A DNA stretch of 64,000 bases, taken from the sequence record PV340856.1. One strand, written 5' to 3'. The stretch's first letter is position 1; each line of letters opens with the position of its first letter. Positions 39,240 through 50,046 of this stretch are shown here, piece by piece. Both the position numbers and the translations under genes were made by a program. The notes under the pieces were generated by a model, which was given only the letters and a program-made list of their open reading frames with translations, was not told the DNA's origin and did not search any database.

Positions 39240-39992
39240 ATGAAAAACAAGTATTACAATCACAACTCAACTCTTTTAGATGCTAAACCATTGTTATCAT
39301 ACGTTTCACCAGATGGAATGTGGGCAATAGTACCAGCAGGAAAGAAGTTTGCTCTAATTCATCATGGAAAGATTGTCGATTACGGTAGATCTTTTCAGAG
39401 CACACAGAATAAGATGCTTCGGTATCAAAAACCAATCAAGAAAGTGTCACAGGGCAAGAGGAACGCGCTCTCTGATGCCTTACAATAACACTGTCACATA
39501 AACCAAAATGACTAAGAAAAAAACCAAAAGAGTTTCAGTGACTCCACTATCTCGTAAGGCGAAAAATAGGTTTGCTAATGAGATGGATATGTTTCATTCA
39601 TGTACTGTTGAGAGTGAACGTGAAATGGCAGATGGTTCTAGATGGTTGCATCTTAAGTCACTGAATGAATGTTACTTTTTCTGGGTTCCTGTTGGTGGCA
39701 GTAAAGATTGGAAACTAGAAAATTGACAATCCAAAACAATTTTATTAGACTTGAAAAAATGGACTTTACCATGCTCAACGACATCCGTGAAACCTGTCTC
39801 GAAACTCTTGAAAACACATATGCCTCACGTCTAGAGATTCTTGTCGATGGAGGTAAATTTGATGATGCAAAATCAATCGTTAGTGAAATGGTTGTTGATG
39901 ATTTGGTGGAAACCGAGTGGACTTTCATCGATGATATGAGTCAGTTCACTGATGCTGACATTCCACATTTGAATTGGACAGAAAGTGAGTAA
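39240..39992 (+). CDS. three small hypothetical ORFs (39240-39488, 39508-39726, about 39759-39992)
   Basis: Contiguous plus-strand ORFs with short spacers. Confidence 0.55.
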
Positions 39993-40112
39993 AGATAAAA
40001 GAGTCAGTCAACATATAACTGACCCACTCAAAGCACACCTTAAGTTCTTAAAACAATTAAAAAAAGATCTTAATAGACCAGGCACTAAACTTCGTAAAAG
40101 AGACAAACTAAA

Positions 40113-40676
40113 ATGACTATAGGAACACTCAACCTCTTTGGTATTCCTGTTAATAAGATTACCCTACCTGATTGGGATAACCTCAAACCTCAGTTGCTTG
40201 AGATGATTAATCTCGATGGTGATGAGTATAGATCATTAACATGCACAACGGATTTCTTTCATGTTGGTGCCTCTGATGGCCAAGGTCATCCATACCTAGA
40301 AAAGTTCTGGGAGTTGGTTGGTCCATCGATTGAAGAATGTTGGCAGATGATGAATCTACCACCACATAAAGATTCTAGTGAGATTCAACTTTGGTCTCAA
40401 AGATATTATCGTGGAGATTATCATGACCTGCACAATCATGGGTTTGGTAATATGTCTGGCGTTCTCTTTCTTGAATTTGATCCAGAATTACATTCCTCAA
40501 CTAGGCTACAATGTCCACACTTAGATCCTCTTTATGGTAGAATCACAATGATGAAACTACCAGATGTAAGAGAGGGAGAAATCATTTTATTTCCCGCTGG
40601 AATAGGTCACGAATCGATGCCGAATCAAAGTGATATACCACGGACGGTTATGTCACTCAACATTCCTATCCAATGA
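40113..40676 (+). CDS. 2OG-Fe(II) oxygenase (TIGR02466-like)
   Basis: HDLHNHG..NMSGVLF, EGEIILFP..IGHE, RTVMSLN. Confidence 0.8.
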   Translation: MTIGTLNLFGIPVNKITLPDWDNLKPQLLEMINLDGDEYRSLTCTTDFFHVGASDGQGHPYLEKFWELVGPSIEECWQMMNLPPHKDSSEIQLWSQRYYRGDYHDLHNHGFGNMSGVLFLEFDPELHSSTRLQCPHLDPLYGRITMMKLPDVREGEIILFPAGIGHESMPNQSDIPRTVMSLNIPIQ

Positions 40677-40678
40677 AG

Positions 40679-40708
40679 AAAGATCCTCCAAGTGAGGGTC
40701 TTTTTTTT
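40679..40708 (+). terminator. rho-independent terminator
   Basis: AAGATCCTC-CAAGT-GAGGGTCTT plus T run. Confidence 0.7.
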
Positions 40709-40833
40709 ATGGCAAATTGCCTTTTATATAAAAAGCATTCAAAAACAGCAGCATCAGCGTTTTCGGGTGTGCTTATATAAAAACTGTCACATGGGGGACA
40801 GACATGGCGTTTTCTGTGAGTTATTATATACTC

Positions 40834-41724
40834 ATGAAAAACACCCATCTCGAGCACCCAGAAGACGCGATTTTATATAATCGCGAGTCTTTTGACAAAA
40901 TGCTTCAGTTTTTGCGTGATCGTAGCAGCACTGCCACTGTAAAGTGGGACGGTGCTCCTGCTATAGTATTTGGTACAAATGAAGGCAAATGGTTTGTTGG
41001 TACTAAAAGTGTATTCAATAAAGTAAAAGTCAAGATCAACTATAGTCATAATGATATAGAAGTCAATCATGGCGATTCTCCAAGAGTTGCTGCTATCTTA
41101 CATACATGTTTTGAGTGTTTGCGTAAGACTCCTGGTATTTGGCAGGGTGATTTTATAGGTTATGGTGGCACTAATAGTTTCACTCCCAACACTCTTACAT
41201 ATAACTTTGATGAGACGATTGATAGAGGTATTGTTGTAGCAGTTCATACTTATTATCAAGGTAAAGATCTCAAGACAATGTGTGCTGACTTCAATGCTCA
41301 GTGGGATAGATATGAACGTGGAAGTAATACTCGATACTTGAACACTGATGCACACTTTACCGCCCGTAGTCGTAGAATTGACTACCTTATTCATTTTGCT
41401 TCTGTGATTGCAAATCTTGTTAGATTTCCTGATGAAACGAGAGGAAAACAACTGAAGATTGCAGTCAATAAGTGTATCCGTGAAGGCAAAGATATTGCCA
41501 ACGCAGGTATGGGTCCGACCATGACATTGCTCTACAAAACTATCATCGAGATCAAACGATTGATGATGAAAGGTATCACTTCTGATGAGAACGTTCAAGT
41601 TCAGTTTGAGGGAGAAGATTGTGACCATGAGGGTTATGTTGTGACCAATAAGTATGGCACTTACAAACTAGTCAACCGTCGTGAGTTCTCTTACCGCAAC
41701 TTCACCAAAATCAAAAACTGGTAA
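40834..41724 (+). CDS. conserved phage protein (DUF6267-like) with polynucleotide-ligase-like motifs
   Basis: HLEHPED, TVKWDGAPAI (KxDG), WQGDFI, HEGYVV, YKLVNR. Confidence 0.6.
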   Translation: MKNTHLEHPEDAILYNRESFDKMLQFLRDRSSTATVKWDGAPAIVFGTNEGKWFVGTKSVFNKVKVKINYSHNDIEVNHGDSPRVAAILHTCFECLRKTPGIWQGDFIGYGGTNSFTPNTLTYNFDETIDRGIVVAVHTYYQGKDLKTMCADFNAQWDRYERGSNTRYLNTDAHFTARSRRIDYLIHFASVIANLVRFPDETRGKQLKIAVNKCIREGKDIANAGMGPTMTLLYKTIIEIKRLMMKGITSDENVQVQFEGEDCDHEGYVVTNKYGTYKLVNRREFSYRNFTKIKNW

Positions 41725-41753
41725 TAAATAAATTGTACTATTTTCCAACTACA

Positions 41754-41960
41754 ATGACAAGAATTGGAGATTTGCTGGGTGGGAAGTCCGCACCCGAACC
41801 AACACCTGCTGCGGCACCTGAAATTGAGGAAAAAACCGTAGTTATCAAAGATGAACCCAAAGTGATGGACTTGGAAGAGTCTGACGGTGCAGATGTGCTA
41901 ACTGAAGATAAACCAGAAGAGAAAAAAGGCAACGTAAAGTATAATTTTATCAGAGAGTGA
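41754..41960 (+). CDS. small late-expressed cyanophage protein
   Basis: MTRIGDLLGGKSAPEP...; late promoter at 41725. Confidence 0.55.
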   Translation: MTRIGDLLGGKSAPEPTPAAAPEIEEKTVVIKDEPKVMDLEESDGADVLTEDKPEEKKGNVKYNFIRE

Positions 41961-42121
41961 GTGGACAGTAGGACAAAGTGTCCACTCCCGCTTGAAAACT
42001 GACTCGATCCGTGCGATATTAAGGAAGTGGAGGGGAGACCCGACACAACACACTGAGAGGCCAAACAATAAGAGGGATCGACAAACAGATCTCCGCCTCT
42101 CTCACATTTTCTTCTTCATTC

Positions 42122-42538
42122 ATGTCAACTAACGCTCGCATTGGTCTTCAACTTAACGGTGGAATCGTCAGTGTTTATCATCACTGGGACGGTTATCCTC
42201 AGTGGTTGGGTGTTCAACTCACCACAAAATACACCAATAAAGAAGACATTGCCGAACTGATTGATGGTGGCAACATGTCATGTATCGCTTCTGATACTGA
42301 CTGGAATCTTAAATCTTGTAAAGAACACGTTCAGTATTATACTGGTCGTGGTGAATCTATCGACGAAAATGCACCTAAACTTGCTGAGTCGATGACCGAG
42401 TATTTTGAGCAGTGTGACAACTGCGGTGCAGAATACGCTTACGTTTTTGACAACGGTGAGTGGTTCTGTTATGATGTAAAAACTTGGTCCGATTCTTTCG
42501 GCCAACTTGTTGACATTCCTGAAGAGGTTGCAGCATGA
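42122..42538 (+). CDS. conserved early hypothetical protein
   Basis: MSTNARIG...SVYHHWDGYP.WLG...EYAYVF.NGEW. Confidence 0.7.
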   Translation: MSTNARIGLQLNGGIVSVYHHWDGYPQWLGVQLTTKYTNKEDIAELIDGGNMSCIASDTDWNLKSCKEHVQYYTGRGESIDENAPKLAESMTEYFEQCDNCGAEYAYVFDNGEWFCYDVKTWSDSFGQLVDIPEEVAA

Positions 42539-42641
42539 GAATTGCACTGTCTGCCATCGTTGTTATGATTGGTGCTCACATGTTGATTAACATTCTCGAC
42601 TCTAACATGATGAAAACTATTGAATCACGGAACGAAAAACT

Positions 42642-43470
42642 ATGTCGAATGGATCAATCACTCTGTCAAAAGTAGACGTTCCCATGAGAGTCTTAGGCAG
42701 CATTCTTGTAATTGCTGCCTATTTTGTTGTCTTGCATGTAAATGTATATGTTGGAGTAACAATGAATCTCCTGGGTGATATAGTTTCAATGCCATATTTC
42801 ATACGAACTAAATCCTATGACGTTGTGATAATGCTTACATTTCTCATGGTCATTGGTCTTTCTAAATTAGTATCAACTCTGTCATGATTGAAGAAAAAAC
42901 TGAACAACGCAAAACAAAACTTTCTGATTCATTTGGTGGCACTATAGAACAAAATATCCCAGAAGATGCTGAGTGGATTGACGATTTTTTCTACATTAAA
43001 AAGACACGTTTCGGTCTCTATACTTCCATTCTAAAAGAACCTCTGGGTCAACATTTTATCACTGGTGCTACATATGAAGCGGTGTTATCTGTGACCCGTT
43101 GGCATCTCAAATGCTTACAAGATGGCACTCTTGATGATTACACTCGCGTCGTGAATAGTGGCGTTGTTGGTGGTAAACTGTGATCGAACTTCCCCCCGAT
43201 TTTATTCATGAAGCTCCTAAAAACTACCGATATGAATCGCTTCAATTTAAGCGTAATGTTATTGCAATCTGGACTATATGCTGTCATCGGTTTAATTACA
43301 ATTCTGGTGATGAATCTCGTTGTATTTGGGGATTCTATGACACCAAAAAACGTACCTACTTTGCACCAATCAACTCCAAAAGAGTTGGGTCCGCAGTAGC
43401 AATCGAGGATACTTCTCCTTATTCTGCTATGCAAATTAATTACAAAGGTTTGGAGTCTTTCTTTTGTTAG
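42642..43470 (+). CDS. three small ORFs: membrane protein 42642-42887, then 42884-43183 and 43180-43470
   Basis: Overlapping start/stop codons; first ORF has hydrophobic helices. Confidence 0.55.
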
Positions 43471-44168
43471 TTTTAATCACAGGACATAAAGGTTTCATTG
43501 GCAGACATGTATATGCTGATTGGCAACAACAATTAGGCAAAGAATGTGTGCATGGGATTGATATTCCTGATGATATTGCCAATTTTAATGGTGGAAACTA
43601 TGATCTAGTCATCCACCTTGCGGCATTCGCTAACATTCGTGAGAGTTTAGACAACCCACACAAATTCTATGAGAATAATGTAACAAAAGCACGTAAGTTG
43701 TTCGATTGGTGTAGAGAAACTGGCACACTGTTGATGTATGCTTCATCGAGTGCAGTTGATGGAGAATACTGGGAAAATCCATACGCAATGAGCAAATGGA
43801 TCAATGAAATCATGGCGCCTCCTAACTCTATCGGAATGAGATTCACCACGGTATATGGTGAGAATAGTCGCCCAGATATGATGTATAGAATGCTGGAGGA
43901 TAAGACCGCCACTTATGTAACAAACCACACCAGAGATTGGATTCATGTTGAAGATGTATGTTCTGCCATTCGTTGTCTTTCTTCTAGTACGATTAGAGGT
44001 CCTGTATCAGTTGGGACTGGCGTCTCAGTTAGTGTAAAAGAGTTGGCAAATAAAATGGGTATGGGTCACCTACCAGTTAAAGAATTAACCCCAGGTGAGA
44101 GACAAGATAACACGGCAGATACTACGCTATTGTGTAGCACTGGATGGTATCCTAGGCACAAACTGTAG
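43464..44168 (+). CDS. NAD-dependent epimerase/dehydratase (extended SDR)
   Basis: LITGHKGFIG, IHLAA, YASSSAV, YAMSK (YxxxK), RDWIHVEDV. Confidence 0.9.
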   Translation: MLVLITGHKGFIGRHVYADWQQQLGKECVHGIDIPDDIANFNGGNYDLVIHLAAFANIRESLDNPHKFYENNVTKARKLFDWCRETGTLLMYASSSAVDGEYWENPYAMSKWINEIMAPPNSIGMRFTTVYGENSRPDMMYRMLEDKTATYVTNHTRDWIHVEDVCSAIRCLSSSTIRGPVSVGTGVSVSVKELANKMGMGHLPVKELTPGERQDNTADTTLLCSTGWYPRHKL

Positions 44169-44184
44169 CGAATGGAGTCGTATC

Positions 44185-44259
44185 GAGTGCCAGTGTCCGT
44201 AGTGTCCACTATCGGTTGAAATGGACTCGTTTTCCTGTATTCTATAAGAGTCAAAGGAA
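44185..44259 (+). repeat. early-promoter cassette, copy 1
   Basis: GTGCCA-N9-GTGTCCACT-N5-TTGAAA-N16-TATTCT-ATAAGAGTCAAAGGA. Confidence 0.85.
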
Positions 44260-44268
44260 CGCAACTCA

Positions 44269-47200
44269 ATGACCGTCATTCTTCAACCTCGCAAGATCAA
44301 CAACACAATGTACGATATGCCCACGGTTGGTGGACTTGACCGCTGCGAGATTAACACCAAACTACACTATCTCAACGTGGAAATGGACAAACTGAAGATG
44401 AAGCAAGCATCACTGATTGCTATGCGTGACCAACTCGATCGACATGCAGAAATGCAGGAGATGGATGATCTTTTCGATCAAATGTTCGGAGGTGAGTGAT
44501 AATGAATAAAACTAGATCTTACAAAGAACTCACTCGCATCTTATGTGATGCTGTCTGCCGCAATTTCCCCACTAACTGACATGAACTACGCATTGATTGC
44601 TCAACAAACTAAAGCAAACGAGTTGAAATCTACAGGCAAGATTGTTACACCTCAGTTCAGATGTAAGGTGGAGATTGTTGATGAGATGACCCCACTTCAG
44701 CGACTGAAAGCAAAGAGAAATTGTGCCAAATGAAATTTACTGACCGACAATTAGAACTAATTGCTGAGGCCATTGAGGATTATGCTGTTCTGATTGATGA
44801 AGAGACCGCAGATGAATGTGGTGATATTTTAGACATTATTGAAGCACATTTTCAAAACAAACGTTACTAACTCTACATTATGTCAAATCAACAAAACGAT
44901 GAAATCTTCGAGTATTTGTTTGAACAAGTACAGGAAGAATATCCCGAATTGACTGAAATTCAACAGGCCACAATCGCTTCACAACGTTTCTGGAGTCTTG
45001 CTCAGTGATGATTCGTTCTAAATCACAAATGATCAAAGTAATGTCACAATGCGCCGGCGCAGACACACTCACCCGTGAAGAAAAGTTTCAAGTCTTTGTC
45101 AACGTGTGCGACAACATGTTGAAGGAAGGTAGAATCACCAAAGCAAATCATAGTCGCTGGACTAACATCTGGTGAGGTGTGCCAGTGGACGTGGTGTCCA
45201 CTATCGGTTGATTTGGTCCCGTTTTCCTGTATTCTATAAGAGTCAAAGGAGTTCACCCCATGCAACTTACTTCCAAACGTCATTCCATGGTTGTTGAGTT
45301 TCGCCCTCATGCCATTCTGACTGATAAGTTTGTCTACACTTTGAAGTTCAAAGGTGAAGCACAATCCATGCGATTGTTCACTAAAAAAGAGATGATTGAA
45401 ACGTGCAATTCTCGTCTCGACATTCATGGTTATCAGGTCACAGATTTTCTGACTGAACCACAACAGTACATGCCTGCTTCTTGCTGATCATGTTAGAACA
45501 AACGACACCAACTTATTCAGAATTGCTTCAAATTCTGATTCGACTTTCTCCAGAACAGTTGAAGCAGAACGTCACAATCTACGACATCGAAAATGATGAG
45601 TATTTTCCTTGTTTTCGGTTTGAAACTCTTCATCAATCCGATGACGTTCTTGACACCGACCATCCCTACATTGCTTTTTGATTGACTATGCCAATGCACA
45701 CTTCCTATACTGATCGCTACTCGTCCGATGAAGCATTTGATGGTGATTGGGATGACATTATGTCACCAGATGAATATGAAGATTATATTGACCGAGTACA
45801 ATATGCTAAGAGTATGGGTCTGAAACGTCCCGTATATCGTCCACAACGTAATCTAAACCCTCTCAGCGATTATTGATGACTACTTACGAAATTGACACCA
45901 TTGTAGATGGTTTAAGAGATGCTATTCGCATCTGTGCCGATGTTGATGGAATGAGTGAAGATTACGAGAAAAGTTATCCCTATGCTGCGGGATATGCTCG
46001 TGCTTCAATGCAACATGCTGTAAAAACCTTAATTGAACTAAAGGAGAGAGATTATGCCTGATTCATGGAGAGAACACTGCCGAGGTTTGCTTTCTGATGT
46101 GATTGCAGAGTATCTAAATGATGAGAATTTTACGCCCGATGATTTGATCGATGATTTTAGGGCTGAACTTAAATCATGGATGGACTATCATCGAGAACAA
46201 GAGATGAAAGCATCACAAATGTACTGTAAAACTGTCGGATTGTCTAATAGTAAACTATGAAGAATGAATTAATCAAAGCATACGGAGGTCGTGTACTTAT
46301 GTCGCCTGGTTGTCTCAATGATCCTGTAATCGTTGCAGCATTAGAGTCACTGAGTCAACGCAACTTTGAACAACAAAATGTAGTAAATGGCGAGGTCTGG
46401 TGGATTAGCGATAGGCACTAGGGGTGTGCCAATGCCCGTAGTGTCCACTTTCTGTTGAAATGGACCCGTTGGCCTGTATTCTATAAGAGTCAAAGGAACA
46501 CACCTCATGCTCAATTCTCAAGAGACTTCCGCCGTTATCTACAAGCAACTGTTCACGGGCGCCGAATGGGATGCGATTGCTTTTGCTATGAAAGATTATG
46601 GTGATTTTCATGGCGGAATGGATGAAACGATTGCTAACAATGTTCAAGCAAAGATTGCCAAAATCTTTGAACTGACCTCTGCTAAGTGATTCACATGAGT
46701 TACACTGATCCCTGCACAATCGCTCTTCAATCTGATAAAGAACTCATGGCCATTCATGAAGAACCGATGTTTATTCTTCACGGAGAATTTCATCGTGACA
46801 ATGGTTGGGTGATGCGAGATTCCCTCTCTTATATTAAACCAACTGTTGAGGAAGCGATTGCTACATGTAATCGACTCAATCCTAACTTTGTGATTCACTC
46901 TGTAACGATTGAAGATTGATGAAAACAACAACAGCAACTTACATCGTCAATGTAACAACCGACGATGAAAACATCATCACATTTTACAAGACAATGCCCA
47001 CACGTCCAACAACACCGAAAGGGATTAAATCGCAGAATAATAAGATTGAACAATGGGTGATGAAAACTTATCCTAACTGGCAGGAAATTAATGTTAAATT
47101 GCAGCAGGAAGAGTTAGTGTAGAGAAATAGTGTGCCAATCAACAAACCGCACACAAAACCTACCATTCCCCGCCAGATGCCTTATATTAGGTACATGGGA

Positions 47201-48313
47201 GGGACACCACCCAATTCACTTCACTAACTTCACTCATCATGCGTAAGATCGAACAACAAATGTGTGCTGCTGTTCAGAAGAACATCAACTGGCAGTCTGG
47301 TAACACTTCTGTTCACTTTGACGAAGAATCTGGCGTCTCTGTTGTTCGCCTTCACGGTAACAAGATTGCCGAGATTAGTGACAACGACATGACCATTTTT
47401 GATGGTGGTTGGCAGACTGTCACAACTAAGTCTCGTTTGAATGCTCTTTGCGAGGAATTCTGCATCGCTGGTGAGGGTGTTTTTCAGAAAGATTTTCAGT
47501 GGTTTGTTCGTAAGTTTGTCGCAGAATCTTCCATCACTGGTAAAGTCTACAACGTCGATGATTTCACCAATGGGTATGTTTTTGCCTGATATGATTACAG
47601 ACGCAACAGAGAAGGACTGGAACGACTTTTGGCACGGTCCTGACATCAACTCCGACACACAAACTAACATGACAGATCAACAAATGTCCGCGACAATCTA
47701 CAAACAACTGTTTACAGATTCAGAATGGCAGATGATTGATGAGGCCATGAGTGAGTATCAAGATCATCTGGACGAAGATGAGAACGAGGTTGACATTTAC
47801 GATTCAATTCAAAGCAAACTCCAAGCAATCTTTTCCTGATGACTGAACTCCAACTGCAAGCGATTGAAGTGATGCAAACGGTTGAAGATACCGTTGCTTA
47901 TTTGTGTTCTGAAAATCAACTTTCTGGTGAGAAAGTATGGACAATGATCGGTGCTCTTGCTGATGCAAAACTCACAGAATTTCCCGATCATGATGAATGA
48001 CTTCCTGGATAATCTTGCTGCTAATCTTCATCACAAGTCACAACCTAAAATGAAACTCACCAAATCACAATTAGAACAGTTCAAAGCGAACTATGCCGAG
48101 TTGATTGTTGATGGGATGGATATGAAAACTCTCGAACAATTTGCTATTGAGAGTATCGAACAAAACATCAAAGATTGGACCGAAGATGAGATCAAGGATG
48201 AGATTCTTGATTACTATGGTGAAGAAACTCTCAACGACCTAAGGCCATCAATCGATGAAATAGGTGCTCTTGAAACTAATACTCCTCAATATGGAATGGG
48301 GGTGGGTAAGTGA
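44269..48313 (+). CDS. array of more than 20 very small early ORFs (e.g. 44269-44499, 44730-44870, 45260-45487, 45481-45681, 45682-45876, 45873-46061, 46054-46260, 46507-46689, 46686-46919, 46916-47122, 47239-47589, 47669-47839, 47839-48000, 48047-48313)
   Basis: Tightly packed co-oriented ORFs, many with ATGA overlaps, downstream of repeated promoters; no functions recognised. Confidence 0.6.
45177..45250 (+). repeat. early-promoter cassette, copy 2
   Basis: GTGTGCCA-N9-GTGTCCACT-N5-TTGATT-N16-TATTCT-ATAAGAGTCAAAGGA. Confidence 0.85.
46424..46497 (+). repeat. early-promoter cassette, copy 3
   Basis: GTGTGCCA-N9-GTGTCCACT-N5-TTGAAA-N16-TATTCT-ATAAGAGTCAAAGGA. Confidence 0.85.
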
Positions 48314-48606
48314 CAAGTATTGTCTATGCGTCAGATGTAAAGACAAAGGAAAAACAGTACGTTGTTCGCTTTAGTAATGGCACTTACATCTACTCTAATT
48401 CTGTTCTCCCTATTCTCCCGTTTTTCCAAGATCCTTATTCACATTTCCCAGGTGAAAACGCGCCGCCCCATTATTACTTTCCGTAATGCCAACTGATTCA
48501 CAAACCCGTAAAGTGTTTAATTATTATGCAAAATTACCAGTACAATCCCGAGAGCGATTGTATAAGGAAATCGTCAAGTATTATCAGGACGAAGAGTTAC
48601 AAAAGA

Positions 48607-48635
48607 TTGACAAATAATCCCATTTAATATAAAAT
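48607..48635 (+). promoter_or_regulatory. sigma70-like promoter
   Basis: TTGACA-N17-TAAAAT before ORF 48659-48865. Confidence 0.75.
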
Positions 48636-48658
48636 AGAACAGTTCAACTTTCTCCATC

Positions 48659-48974
48659 ATGATTCTCTCCAACCCGCCACTTACTCGTTACCGTGTTACC
48701 TTAGATTTCACAGTAGATGATACTAACTGTGTTCATCCTAAAGATTGGAATTGGAATGAACTTCTAGAGTTAAAGAATGAAGAAAAGATTCGTGAGGTTT
48801 ATGTAGAAAACCTCGGATATATTAACTCTAAGAAAGGTAAGCGGAAGGAGAGGAAAAATGGATGAAGAAGAGTACACAATGCTCACTGAATCAGAAGAGG
48901 AACAGTATAGGGAACACCTAACAGATTGTCCTGAGTATGATGATGCTATGGAGTGTGATTATACCTACGATTAG
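48659..48974 (+). CDS. two small hypothetical ORFs (48659-48865, 48858-48974)
   Basis: ORFs downstream of a consensus promoter. Confidence 0.5.
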
Positions 48975-49224
48975 TGCTCTAATACACTGTCAAGTGCCTT
49001 CGGATATGCTTCACAGTATCTCTGAAGGTGCTTTTCTTTGCTATTAATTAAATGGTTAAAAAAACATACTTGAGTGTTGTATCTCTTGAAGATGTATGCG
49101 TGAATTAAATGCTCTCAGGAGTCGTTATCTTGGACCTCAGGCTATCACAAACTCGGAGAAATGTCAAGACCCTCGGAGCAATGTTATGGACCCCGTATAA
49201 GAGATTCTGATGGTAGCAAATGAC

Positions 49225-49253
49225 TTGACAATCCTCGGAGCATTCGTTATACT
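49225..49253 (+). promoter_or_regulatory. near-consensus sigma70 promoter with no immediate downstream ORF
   Basis: TTGACA-N17-TATACT. Confidence 0.7.
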
Positions 49254-49397
49254 AACTCTGTAAGGGTTCAAAGGACAGGGCTTAGCTTATAGCTACCACA
49301 CTTTGAGTCGTTATGAGCAGCTCAGAGGACACTTCGTGAACTGCACACTGTTCTCCCAATCCCACTGAGAATCGTGTATATTAAAAGAGTCAAAGAA

Positions 49398-49604
49398 ATG
49401 CTTCACATGACTCCGAACACTCTGAACGTTGCTACTGCATCCCGTGAAGATCTTCTGATTGCTGATGCTCGTGGACAGGTTAAGTATACTGTGCTTAAAG
49501 CTCAACGTCCTCGGAAAGATCTGCTGGTCTTGACACAAACTAAGGGTCTCCGCACTAACACTAACCGTGGTAAGATTAACACTAAGATGGCTTCAGTGAT
49601 CTGA
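49398..49604 (+). CDS. small basic early protein
   Basis: Follows a degenerate cassette TGTATATTAAAAGAGTCAAAGAA. Confidence 0.55.
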   Translation: MLHMTPNTLNVATASREDLLIADARGQVKYTVLKAQRPRKDLLVLTQTKGLRTNTNRGKINTKMASVI

Positions 49605-49625
49605 GAGGATATGTGAGGGGGTGCT

Positions 49626-49654
49626 TGACACTCCCTCTGATATCTGATAGAATG
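49626..49654 (+). promoter_or_regulatory. sigma70-like promoter with a leader of about 190 nt
   Basis: TTGACA-N17-TAGAAT; next ATG at 49849. Confidence 0.7.
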
Positions 49655-49848
49655 ACAGTATCGAATTAGCAGGGTTTTTGCGGTTCTTATATGTTAATGT
49701 CCGATCCGATGGGTTTTAAAAACAGCTAACTACCCTAACCTACAACGAACCAAAATCGAGAGAGTGATTTCGTGTTCATTAAAAAAATTTTTCAGGTATA
49801 AAAAGTCCCTCAGGGTCGAGCATAGATAAGGAGGTATTTAAAGAACTG

Positions 49849-50046
49849 ATGTCCACATATCATATTAACGAAATGATCTTCCATGTATATGAGAAGAATA
49901 CCGCAGGTGAAACTAGAGTACTCAATTGTTGTTTAACTGTAGATGAACTTGAAAAGAAGTTAGAGAATGGAGAGATTGATCTAGGCAAAGTAGAGATTGA
50001 ATGTTTGCCACCCAATAGAGAAGAATGTGAAGATGCAAGTTATTGA
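49849..50046 (+). CDS. small hypothetical protein
   Basis: Strong RBS AAGGAGG upstream. Confidence 0.6.
   Translation: MSTYHINEMIFHVYEKNTAGETRVLNCCLTVDELEKKLENGEIDLGKVEIECLPPNREECEDASY

Noticed and set aside
44185-46497. CRISPR-like array or att sites from the 75-bp repeats
   Set aside because: Spacing is about 1 kb with whole ORFs between copies, the repeats contain -35/-10/RBS elements, and no cas or integrase gene is present
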